DNA from: Nemertoderma westbladi
Taxonomy: Eukaryota; Animalia; Xenacoelomorpha
Assembly (NCBI GenBank): GCA_032718475.1
Contig: JAUCBJ010000637.1
Location: 1-39,313 of the forward strand
Reading direction: 5' to 3'
DNA: 39,313 nucleotides
The notes beneath the pieces were generated by a model. That model had not been told where the DNA came from. It saw only the letters and a program-made list of their open reading frames with translations, and searched no databases. Shown here piece by piece: positions 23,901 through 35,255 of this stretch; the first letter of the stretch is position 1, and each line of letters begins with the position of its first letter. Both the position numbers and the translations under genes were made by a program.

Positions 23901-26091
23901 ATAACAACAATTCATTACACAAGCTATCTCCAGTAAGGGTACGTTGGGTTGAATAACAAGTCATTACACAAGCTTTCTCCAGTAAGGGTACGTTGGGTTG
24001 AATAACAACAAGTCATTACACAAGCTTTCTCCAGTAAGGGTACGTTGGGTTGAATAACAATAAGTCATTACACAAGCTTTCTCCAGTAAGGGTACGTTGG
24101 GTTGAATAACAACAAGTCATTACACAAGCTATCTCCAGTAAGGGTACGTTGGGTTGAATAACAACAAGTCATTACACAAGCTTTCTCCAGTAAGGGTACG
24201 TTGGGTTGAATAACAACAAGTCATTACACAAGCTATCTCCAGTAAGGGTACGTTGGGTTGAATAACAACAAGTCATTACACAAGCTTTCTCCAGTAAGGG
24301 TACGTTGGGTTGAATAACAACAAGTCATTACACAAGCTATCTCCAGTAAGGGTACGTTGGGTTGAATAACAACAAGTCATTACACAAGCTTTCTCCAGTA
24401 AGGGTACGTTGGGTTGAATAACAAGTCATTACACAAGCTTTCTCCAGTAAGGGTACGTTGGGTTGAATAACAAGTCATTACACAAGCTTTCTCCAGTAAG
24501 GGTACGTTGGGTTGAATAACAACAAGTCATTACACAAGCTATCTCCAGTAAGGGTACGTTGGGTTGAATAACAACAAGTCATTACACAAGCTTTCTCCAG
24601 TAAGGGTACGTTGGGTTGAATAACAACAAGTCATTACACAAGCTATCTCCAGTAAGGGTACGTTGGGTTGAATAACAACAAGTCATTACACAAGCTATCT
24701 CCAGTAAGGGTACGTTGGGTTGAATAACAAGTCATTACACAAGCTTTCTCCAGTAAGGGTACGTTGGGTTGAATAACAACAATTCATTACACAAGCTATC
24801 TCCAGTAAGGGTACGTTGGGTTGAATAACAAGTCATTACACAAGCTTTCTCCAGTAAGGGTACGTTGGGTTGAATAACAACAATTCATTACACAAGCTAT
24901 CTCGAGTAAGGGTACGTTGGGTTGAATAACAAGTCATTACACAAGCTTTCTCCAGTAAGGGTACGTTGGGTTGAATAACAACAAGTCATTACACAAGCTT
25001 TCTCCAGTAAGGGTACGTTGGGTTGAATAACAACAAGTCATTACACAAGCTTTCTCCAGTAAGGGTACGCTGGGTTGAATAACAATAAGTCATTACACAA
25101 GCTTTCTCCAGTAAGGGTACGTTGGGTTGAATAACAACAAGTCATTACACAAGCTATCTCCAGTAAGGGTACGTTGGGTTGAATAACAACAAGTCATTAC
25201 ACAAGCTTTCTCCAGTAAGGGTACGTTGGGTTGAATAACAACAAGTCATTACACAAGCTATCTCCAGTAAGGGTACGTTGGGTTGAATAACAACAATTCA
25301 TTACACAAGCTATCTCCAGTAAGGGTACGTTGGGTTGAATAACAAGTCATTACACAAGCTTTCTCCAGTAAGGGTACGTTGGGTTGAATAACAACAAGTC
25401 ATTACATAAGCTTTCTCCAATAAGGGTACGTTGGGTTGAATAACAACAAGTCATTACACAAGCTTTCTCCAGTAAGGGTACGTTGGGTTGAATAACAACA
25501 AGTCATTACACAAGCTTTCTCCAGTAAGGGTACGTTGGGTTGAATAACAATAAGTCATTACACAAGCTTTCTCCAGTAAGGGTACGTTGGGTTGAATAAC
25601 AACAAGTCATTACACAAGCTATCTCCAGTAAGGGTACGTTGGGTTGAATAACAACAAGTCATTACACAAGCTTTCTCCAGTAAGGGTACGTTGGGTTGAA
25701 TAACAACAAGTCATTACACAAGCTATCTCCAGTAAGGGTACGTTGGGTTGAATAACAACAAGTCATTACACAAGCTTTCTCCAGTAAGGGTACGTTGGGT
25801 TGAATAACAACAAGTCATTACACAAGCTATCTCCAGTAAGGGTACGTTGGGTTGAATAACAAGTCATTACACAAGCTTTCTCCAGTAAGGGTACGTTGGG
25901 TTGGATAACAACAAGTCATTACACAAGCTTTCTCCAGTAAGGGTACGTTGGGTTGGATAACAACAAGTCATTAGACAAGCTTTCTCCAGTAAGGGTACGT
26001 TGGGTTGAATAACAACAATTCATTACACAAGCTATCTCCAGTAAGGGTACGTTGGGTTGAATAACAACGAGTCATTACACAAGCTTTCTCC
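14926..26091. repeat. 52-bp satellite (GTAAGGGTACGTTGGGTTGAATAACAACAAGTCATTACACAAGCTTTCTCCA)n, roughly 215 copies, with 49- and 53-bp variants
   Basis: Unit starts at 14928 and 14980 give a period of 52. There are no unique spacers, and variant blocks recur. Confidence 0.98.
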
Positions 26092-26591
26092 CATCAGGGC
26101 TTCTTTATGTAATTAATGGAAGTGCATACAACAGATCTCGCAATATATAACAGATTTCAGTTTTGAAATCCTCATTAAATTTTAAATTCTGCTCTATTTC
26201 CGTAGCATACAGCCATCAGCCATCTGATAATTTGAATTTCGCGCCTTTTCTGCAAATAATAAAAACCCGCAAGTCAAAAGAAACAAATTTGAATAAAACC
26301 GTATGTACGTTTTCTTTTTATCTATGCAATTACAAAACACCGCAAGTCTTGTTGACTTACGGTTGTTTTGCATAAATTTAAGTAGTTGCAGTCTTTTGGA
26401 TTGCTCTTCCGGTCTCTTTCCTTTGTAACACTATACATATGTGTCTTACGGCCTTTTTACATTGAATATCTCGAGAACTAGAGTAGATGCGGTGTTCTCG
26501 ATTATACCATTAGATACAGCGCATAGCCAAGCGTTAACAAACATAACCAATAAAAGTTTTAAATGAAATAATAATAAATACAATTGTATTG

Positions 26592-27173
26592 TGTAAGCGG
26601 ATTCAATTCCGCCTTATTACCCTCATAAAATGGGAAGTGGCATTTTGTTGGAGATACGAGATTATCAGTAACTAATCTCGTATCACAACCAACACCGGAG
26701 ACAGTACAAACCCCAAAGCCACACAAAGGAAGGTTAGAGGTCAAACCACCTCGGAAGGGGAGACAGCTAGCAGGGGCCAGCTGCAGGGGGGGAAACACTC
26801 CCAGAGAGTGGAGAGGCGTGAAGTAGGTTATTAGCTAATAGGGGCGAGGGAGAGCATCCACTAGGTAAGATGCCAAAGTAATGTAACAGTGAAGTAATAT
26901 TGGTGTGTCGTATATTATCTCATACATACTGATTTACTATTCAGTTAGCAGACTGTCAGTTTCAGTGCAAACCGGCATTATAGTCTTACCGTCATCGCGA
27001 TGCTGTCATATACTGATTTATTATTCACCATTATCGGTTATCCAATTTTGCTATCATTACTCTTTATATTATATGAATGAAGAACATCAAACTCAAACTT
27101 TTCCACATCCACCCATCAGCCTGCTGTGACGCGTACAAACTTAACCCGGTCGGGATCCCTTGATCCCGTCACA
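26592..27173. mobile_element. Solo LTR (582 bp) with 5-bp target site duplication
   Basis: Begins TGTAAG and ends GTCACA (TG...CA). Flanked by TATTG at 26587-26591 and TATTG at 27174-27178. Confidence 0.75.
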
Positions 27174-27204
27174 TATTGCGTATAGTCAGTGCGGATGCTA
27201 GTAA

Positions 27205-28145
27205 TCGGAGATAATTATTTATTGTTGTTTATGGTGATTCGGGAGTCGTTTACGATACTAAAAAATATGTTTTTAGCCGTTTCTTAAAGACGTCTAAGTG
27301 AGTACAGTGAAGGGAGCTCCAACGGGAGGGGGTTCCAGACTATAGGGGCGGTCACGGTGAAAGCACGTTTACCATATGAGTCGAGGTTGGACCTAGGGAG
27401 GATCGAAGATTTCGGGTTGCTGAGTGAGTAATGAGTTCGCTTAGATATTCCGGCGTTAGGCCATATCGGCATTTGAAAGTAAAAACAGTAAAAACACTAT
27501 TCTTCTCCGGATTGGCAGCCAATGGAGGTTTTTAGTACAGGTGTCATGCGAGTAAGGTCGGATTTCTTTATGATGCACAGCAACCTCGCAGCAGAATTAT
27601 GCACAAATTTCAGTTTCTTTATTAACTTCTAGGTACGACCGTAATATAAAGAGTTGTTTAAGTCGAGCTTACTGGAGATGACGGCGTGAATGAGTGTTTC
27701 GAATTCCAGACGGGGAAAGTAGCGCTTTACTTTAGCCAAGTTTCGAATATGAAAGTAGTATTCGCGAACAACAAGTGAGATATGTTTCTCAAGGGTGACA
27801 TTAGAGTCCATCGTTTCTCCAATATTTCTGGCGGAATCACTACATTGCACTGCCTCACTTCCAACTTGTTTCGGATTTAAATTGGAACGTATGCCCAAAC
27901 GTGGTTGCAGGAATATAATTTCGGTTTTATCAGTGTTAATTTTCAGTAGACGACTTCTCATTCACTGATTAATTTCATGTAAACATTCTTCTGTGATTGA
28001 AACACTTTTCTCAACATCAATTGATTTGAATGCTACAGTGTATATTTGTGTAACGTCTGCGTACATATGGTATGCGAGGTCATATTTTCCAATAACGGTT
28101 TTTAGTGAGCGCATGTAGATACTGAACAGAACTGGTCCGAGCATT
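27205..28145 (-). mobile_element. 5'-truncated, decayed L2/CR1-group LINE (RT C-terminal region)
   Basis: Broken minus-strand frames give LGPVLFSIYM, YHMYADVTQIY, LKINTDKTE, LIHAVISSKLD.NNSLYYG and YGKRAFTVTAPIVWNPLP, typical of the L2 ORF2 3' half. An A-rich tail lies near 27210-27230. Confidence 0.88.
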
Positions 28146-28725
28146 GTATTATCTAAAATAGCGGGAAGGTTTGAATTGTTCATTAAACTTTAAACACCAA
28201 TATCTCAGTATGATGTTTTTTCACGAAAAAGGCTATTTCTCCGTCAATTTTAACTGAAATAAGTTGAAATTTGGTACACTTGTTAAGATTACCCTTCTTC
28301 ATACTTCTTCGGAACAAATTTGGTTGGAAATGCCTTAGAGCATTTTTATATCAAAAAGGTCGACAAAAAGCCCTTTTTTGGGGTTATAAAAAGACTCCAG
28401 AGCATTTGAGGCAAAATTTGTTCAGAAGAATTGGATGCAGGGTTCTTCTGAACATATATTCCAAATTTCGACAAATTTCAACAAATATTGGTGGAGAAAT
28501 AAATAGCCCTTTCGCAAAAAGGCACTTTTGGCCATTACGGAGCCATTTTGGGGCCAATTTTAAAAATATTTGGTTTGGTTATTCTCACACAGTCCAGATG
28601 ATGTTTGATAGCACAAAAAATAATTTTCACCCAATTTTAAGGTCCTGAGATACAAAAATGTGAGGTTCAATTTGGGGGTGCTACCCCCCCCCCCCCCCCT
28701 AACTATAAAATGACTTTAATTTCAG

Positions 28726-28892
28726 GTATTGAGTCGCTATTCAATAAAATCCATTGTGATCGGTCAACTATTGATATAATGCTTGGGAGTAGCATGGGAG
28801 TTCGTGACGATAATATGCTACTATACCTCGGGATAGTGGAACAGAGAACTAACGAGTTGTTGGGAATCAAAAACTATATGGAGACATCCAAG
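28726..28892 (+). CDS. ODAD1: ODAD1/CCDC63-family exon D
   Basis: Acceptor atttcag, phase 1. Encodes GIESLFNKIHCDRSTIDIMLG...NMLLYLGIVEQRTNELL, containing the conserved YLG.VEQRTNELL motif. Donor AAG|gttagt is phase 0. Confidence 0.92.
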
Positions 28893-31422
28893 GTTAGTTA
28901 GTAGTCTGGTAGGCATAAATGATTTGTTGAGAATCAAAAACTATATGGAGACATCCATGGTTAGTTAGTAGTCTGGTAGGCATAAATGATTTGTTGAGAA
29001 TCAAAAACTATATGGAGACATCCAAGGTTAGATAGCAGTCTGGTAGGCATAAATGATTTGTTGAGAATCAAAAACTATATGGAGACATCCAAGGTTAGTT
29101 AGTAGTCTGGTAGGCATAAATGATTTGTTGAGAATCAAAAACTATAGGGAGACATCCAAGGTTAGTTTGTAGTCTGGTAGGCATAAATGATTTGTTGAGA
29201 ATCAAAAACTATATGGAGACATCCAAGGTTAGTTAGTAGTCTGGTAGGCATAAATGATTTGTTGAGAATCAAAAACTATAGGGAGACATCCAAGGTTAGT
29301 TTGTAGTCTGGTAGGCATAAATGATTTGTTGAGAATCAAATACTGTATGGAGACATCCAAGGTTAGTTTGTAGTCTGGTAGGCATAAATGATTTGTTGAG
29401 AATCAAAAACTACAGGGAGACATCCAAGGTTAGTTAGTAGTCTGCTAGGCATAAATGATTTGTTGAGAATCAAAAACTATATGGAGACATCCAAGGTTAG
29501 TTAGTAGTCTGGTAGGCATAAATGATTTGTTGAGAATCAAAAACTATAGGGAGACATCCAAGGTTAGTTAGTAGTCTGGTAGGCATAAATGATTTGTTGA
29601 GAATCAAAAACTATATGGAGACATCCAAGGTTAGTTAGTAGTCTGGTAGGCATAAATGATTTGTTGAGAATCAAAAACTATATGGAGACATCCAAGGTTA
29701 GTTTGTAGTCTGGTAGGCATAAATGATTTGTTGAGAATCAAAAACTATAGGGAGACATCCAAGGTTAGTTAGTAGTCTGGTAGGCATAAATGATTTGTTG
29801 AGAATCAAAAACTATATGGAGACATCCATGGTTAGTTAGTAGTCTGGTAGGCATAAATGATTTGTTGAGAATCAAAAACTATATGGAGACATCCAAGGTC
29901 AGTTAGTAGTCTAGTAGGCATAAATGATTTGTTGAGAATCAAAAACTATAGGGAGACATCCAAGGTTAGTTAGTAGTCTGGTAGGCATAAATAATTTGTT
30001 GAGAATCAAAAACTATATGGAGACATCCAAGGTTAGTTAGTAGTCTGGTAGGCATTAATGATTTGTTGAGAATCAAAAACTATAGGGAGACATCCATGGT
30101 TAGTTAGTAGTCTGGTAGGCATAAATGATTTGTTGAGAATCAAAAACTATATGGAGACATCCATGGTTAGTTAGTAGTCTGGTAGGCATAAATGATTTGT
30201 TGAGAATCAAAAACTATATGGAGACATCCAAGGTTAGTTAGTAGTCTGGTAGGCATAAATGATTTGTTGAGAATCAAAAACTATATGGAGACATCCAAGG
30301 TCAGTTAGTAGTCTAGTAGGCATAAATGATTTGTTGAGAATCAAAAACTATAGGGAGACATCCAAGGTTAGTTAGTAGTCTGGTAGGCATAAATAATTTG
30401 TTGAGAATCAAAAACTATATGGAGACATCCAAGGTTAGTTAGTAGTCTGGTAGGCATTAATGATTTGTTGAGAATCAAAAACTATAGGGAGACATCCATG
30501 GTTAGTTAGTAGTCTGGTAGGCATAAATGATTTGTTGAGAATCAAAAACTATATGGAGACATCCATGGTTAGTTAGTAGTCTGGTAGGCATAAATGATTT
30601 GTTGAGAATCAAAAACTATATGGAGACATCCAAGGTTAGTTAGTAGTCTGGTAGGCATAAATGATTTGTTGAGAATCAAAAACTATAGGGAGACATCCAT
30701 GGTTAGTTAGTAGTCTGGTAGGCATAAATGATTTGTTGAAAATCAAAAACTATATGGAGACATCCATGGTTAGTTAGTAGTCTGGTAGGCATAAATGATT
30801 TGTTGAGAATCAAAAACTATAGGGAGACATTCATGGTTAGTTAGTAGTCTGGTAGGCATAAATGATTTGTTGAGAATCAAAAACTATATGGAGACATCCA
30901 TGGTTAGTTAGTAGTCTGGTAGGCATAAATCATTTGTTGAAAATCAAAAACTATATGGAGACATCCATGGTTAGTTAGTAGTCTGGTAGGCATAAATGAT
31001 TTGTTGAGAATCAAAAACTATAGGGAGACATTCATGGTTAGTTAGTAGTCTGGTAGGCATAAATGATTTGTTGAGAATCAAAAACTATATGGAGACATCC
31101 ATGGTTAGTTAGTAGTCTGGTAGGCATAAATGATTTGTTGAGAATCAAAAACTATAGGGAGACATCCAAGGTTAGTTAGTAGTCTGGTAGGCATAAATGA
31201 TTTGTTGAGAATCAAAAACTATATGGAGACATCCAAGGTTAGTTAGTAGTCTGGTAGGCATAAATGATTTGTTGAGAATCAAAAACTATATGGAGACATC
31301 CATGGTTAGTTAGTAGTCTGGTAGGCATAAATGATTTGTTGAGAATCAAAAACTATATGGAGACATCCATGGTTAGTTAGTAGTCTGGTAGGCATAAATG
31401 ATTTGTTGAGAATCAAACTATA
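28851..31422 (+). repeat. 67-bp tandem array, ~38 copies; unit is the last ~42 nt of exon D plus the first ~25 nt of the intron
   Basis: Donor-like gttagt at 28893 and 28960 gives a period of 67. Each unit carries gaatcaaaaactatatggagacatcca[a/t]g, matching the exon end. Confidence 0.97.
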
Positions 31423-32654
31423 GAAAGTTAAATATTCCAGTACTAAAATATTGTTATATAATACTAGTGTGGTGTTTTAAAGTTTCCAAGCAATAACACT
31501 TGTCGTTTTTAAAATACAGTTCGTATTGTAAATTTGGTTGACTACCATTATTGTTGCGGATGGGACAAAGCCATGTCATTGTGCTGATAGATTATGTTTG
31601 CACATAAGATACACTGATATTTTGAGTTAGACACTTACAACAATGTTTAGGCGTTCATTTATTCTAAAAATACGAACCTTGTTGCTAAAAAAATAAGTAA
31701 ATAACTCCTAACTTATAAATTATTAACGTCACCGATAATTGTTTAATATGTACTACACTTTCGTGGGGACTTCGCGCAGCACGAGGCTCAGTTATGAGAT
31801 ACAGATTAATATTGAGCGATTCCACTGTATCACAAACTCGGTATCTAGGAAATTTAACCAAACACTAGTAAATCAAAGAGGGGAAAAGTCCCCCCCCCCC
31901 CCCCCCCTCTTAACCTCCCTCTTAATCTGCACCACCCCAATCCAAAGGCGCACACAGGATTGATGAAAGGCAGAGGTATTAACATAAAATTTTGTGTTTT
32001 AAAAGTAATATGTTATATTTATTTTTAATATAACACAAAATACAACTCGAAGCGATTCACAAATATACAAACAGCACAAATTTATAGCAAAAATAATTAA
32101 AGATCGCATATTATTTAATTTATTTAACCAAAAAGAAATCAATAAACTCATGTTATTGGTAACATGTTAAACTAATGAAGTAATATATTCAATATTTTAT
32201 GCGTGGAGGCGACCCAATTTGTAAGAAACATTAAAACTTACCTTATGCTGATACTATTGATAATGAAATATTAATTTATCATGTCAACACCTCAACGAAA
32301 TGATTTAGCTATATTCTAAAAAATCATGATTAAGTACTCGGCCAATCATTTTGTAAGCTAATTTTGTTTGATTCATATCTGTACATTGAGAGCCTTTTTT
32401 TATGAAATAGGCCTCGTTCAATTGTAAAATATAGTACAGCTCGAAGGTTTGTCAAAAATCAGACTAGCTCTTACGTATCGGGTAATAACTTGAGTTTGAG
32501 AAAAACAGTTTTGAAATCTCCTTTAAATTCAGCACATGATAGGATAAAAAAGGCTATTTTGACAATACCAAAATAGGGGTGCTACTCCCCCCTTAAAAAC
32601 CTATTACCTATTTAGTTGTTCGTAGTAAATAAACGGGAGTAATTGAATTTACAG

Positions 32655-32770
32655 GAATTACAAGAACAGGATGAGCAGGTGGAGATTTCTGTTGAGAAAC
32701 AAAGAGGTTTACTTGGAGAAGGACCTCAACCACCACCCCAACCCATATACATAGAACCTCCAGGAACAGC
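32655..32770 (+). CDS. ODAD1: ODAD1/CCDC63-family exon E
   Basis: Acceptor tttacag, phase 0. Encodes ELQEQDEQVEISVEKQRGLLGEGPQPPPQPIYIEPPGT. Donor GC|gtaagt is phase 2. Not in the ORF track because it is short. Confidence 0.85.
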
Positions 32771-32930
32771 GTAAGTAATTATAGACAGACGGCGGGCACC
32801 AGTACATGTGCGAACGTATACATATCGACTTCAAACAATGTCATGTCGCAGATTTCTTTGAATTAGGACATCTATAATAATTGTCAATCACCTGAACCCG
32901 CGCTACACTCGAGAACACGTCTTTGAAACA

Positions 32931-32944
32931 GTTGCCATGGTAAC
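32931..32944. promoter_or_regulatory. RFX X-box (GTTGCCATGGTAAC)
   Basis: One mismatch from the palindrome GTTGCCATGGCAAC and a full match to GTNRCC-N(0-3)-RGYAAC. It lies about 0.85 kb upstream of the nested USP ATG. Function is inferred. Confidence 0.6.
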
Positions 32945-33681
32945 ATGGATTTAAAAATGACGGCAATGAAATATCTGAGGCTGATGTGTGGTGGGTTGAT
33001 CAAGGGTTTAGAAGACTAGGATTAATTGGTAGGAGGTCTTTAGTAAACGACGTATGGCCATAGACGCCTGGGCCAATTATGGAACTTTGTCCAGAACGTT
33101 CACATCAGCCTCATATTTGGAGTTAAGCGACCTGACTAAATAGCTAGTCCATTTGTTTACACTATCCGTTGGGTATCCGTAACTGTTCTTTTAAATGACA
33201 TTACATGTACCCGTTGCTCATTGTAGCCATTATTCCTTGCCATTTTTCTTTGTGCCGATGGAATGCTGGCCTTAGAGGATTTAAAATACATAAAAAAAAA
33301 CCTGAATTTTATTAAGAAATAATTGCTGATATATTTTTGTTTGAAAGTTGCTTGTTTTGAATCTATGCGAGCTTTATAAAAAATTTTAATATAATAAATT
33401 TTAGAGAAAGTATGTTTTATATAAAATCAACACCAGGGTGTCCCAATATTTGTTGTTGTGTATTTTTCCCAATATTTGTTGGTGGACAAGTCCTATTTAA
33501 AATATAATATTTATAAACATCATTTTTTTCGAAATAGAAAAATAATTTTTTTACTCGTCAATCGTCCTTGAAAAAGTATCATTTCTATAACTGGAAAATG
33601 TGGATTAAAATCGTTATTATCGTTGTACTTGATTAAAATGTAAAAAAATAACCAACTTCACGATTAATTATATTCGCGGTT

Positions 33682-33695
33682 GTAACTAAGGTAAC
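33682..33695. promoter_or_regulatory. Second X-box-like motif (GTAACTAAGGTAAC)
   Basis: Fits GTNRCY-NN-RGYAAC and lies about 100 bp upstream of the USP ATG at 33799. Confidence 0.5.
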
Positions 33696-33798
33696 TGCAG
33701 CATATTTGATATTACCAACTTAATTCATTATTACTGTCATTGTTTTGTCAACCGAGTAGCTCATTGCCGGAAACTCTTGGATATATATTCTCTGTAAC

Positions 33799-34017
33799 AT
33801 GGGGGCCAACACGTCGCATTGTGATAAGGAAATCGAGAACCCCAGACACGAGCATTACGTCGGTTTACAGAACTTCGGTAACACATGTTATTGTAACTCG
33901 GTATTACAAGCGCTTTACTTCTGTGTTCCGTTTCGAGAGCGGGTTCTTCAGTACAAACGACCGGCGCAGGACAAAGAGTCTCTCCTTACCTGTCTATCTG
34001 AGCTGTTCCAGAACATG
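33799..34017 (+). CDS. USP46: USP12/USP46-like ubiquitin-specific protease, coding exon 1
   Basis: Encodes MGANTS...[25 protein letters not shown], with the Cys box intact, then [12 protein letters not shown]. Donor ATG|gtaggc is phase 0 after 73 codons. USP12 and USP46 cannot be distinguished here. Confidence 0.9.
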
Positions 34018-34270
34018 GTAGGCACATCTAGTGAGTTATGCTTTCCGAAATTCAATGACATTTATTCACCTTGGGGATGGACTATTGGCAGGCATTGGGC
34101 ACGCGCCCTCCAAATTGTTATTTTTGTTCTATTTTTTTAGTGTTCTGATCATATTAGTTATTTCTATAACTTTAATTTCTATAAGCTTTTTTAGGGAAAT
34201 CGCTGAGTGTATTTAAATGGGGTCGTTATAATAGACAAGTTTTAAGCTAATAAAAATACTAGCTTTCATT

Positions 34271-34750
34271 ACGACTACTACTACTACTATAATCGGCCTG
34301 CTGCATTGATACTGCACATTAAGATGCTAAGCCAGCTTAACAAAAACATCAATGCGGCGTGCATTAAGAATGCTATGCAGTATGCAGGATTATCAACAAA
34401 GTTGCGCCGACACAACTCTCTATCCTCCATGATTTTCGCGAGATTATCTGCATCTTCAAGACCAGTTTTCTTTAGGAGGCGTCTCACGAAAGTCATGGGC
34501 TGTCCACCATGCTTATTTTCTTCATGGAGCTGCCAAAGCGCAAGATTGTAAACAGGCTGCGCCCGATTTGATAACAAAGTAAGAAGCAACGGTTGTGTGT
34601 GTACATTATACGTAGTTTCTGCCGGACTATTTTTAGACCTTCTTATTGCCAAAATTCATCAAATCATGGTGTCTGAATGGCATCTTTCTGATTGTTAATC
34701 CACAACTCTGAAAGTTTGTGGACCACCAAAAAAAACGTCGGATGTACCAT
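34271..34750 (-). mobile_element. RTE-like LINE 3' fragment with (TAG)n tail
   Basis: Minus-strand LALWQLHEENKHGGQPMTFVRRLLKKTGLEDADNLAKIMEDRELCR resembles RTE ORF C-termini. A (CTA)n tract on + at ~34274-34289 fits a short-repeat tail. Confidence 0.6.
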
Positions 34751-34831
34751 AATTTAAGGTTCACGCAAATATAAAGTTAAAACTATGTTAACTATGTACC
34801 AAAAGCAAATTTATAATATTGGCTAATTAAC

Positions 34832-35255
34832 GAAGGGCTGAGCATAAAAAGGTCCTATGTGACAAAAGTGTCATTCTGAGATAATCACACTTTTGCGTTT
34901 TTTTTACATACACATTATAATTGATATTGGCATTCTGTATTTTTGCATGCAAGTACATAGATGTAAGCCTACTTAGAAATCTTCACTTTCAAAAAAAATT
35001 TTCAAAAAAAATTTTCAAAAAATTCAAATTTGTTTCGCATATATCAGGCAGTATTGTACATAAGACATTTTTTGTTTATGTCTATGCGATTTTTACTGTA
35101 CATAGGACTATTTTACTCCAGGATGTCAGGCAATATTGTTCATATGATCTCAGAACCTTATTGGTAAGTTAAGTTAGGTCTCATAGGACCTCTGTATGAG
35201 TATAACTCTGATTCTAAGAAAATGTCACATAGGACCTTTTTATGATCAGCCTTTC
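34832..35255. mobile_element. MITE-like non-autonomous DNA transposon (~424 bp) with ~33-bp terminal inverted repeats
   Basis: gaagggctgagcataaaaaggtcctatgtgaca (34832-34864) pairs with tgtcacataggacctttttatgatcagcctttc (35223-35255) with 2 mismatches. No clean TSD. Confidence 0.8.

Noticed and set aside
14926-26091. CRISPR array or telomeric repeat
   Set aside because: There are no unique spacers or cas genes and the context is a eukaryotic intron. The TAAGGG/TTGGG words are isolated within a 52-bp unit, not tandem telomere repeats.
28271-28648. 125-aa ORF before exon D
   Set aside because: Non-ATG start, low-complexity K/F-rich translation of AT-rich transposon-like DNA, and no recognisable domain.
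34018-34216. Hydrophobic C-terminal extension of the 113-aa ORF and the overlapping 61-aa ORF as membrane peptides
   Set aside because: This is T-rich intronic read-through past the USP exon 1 donor.
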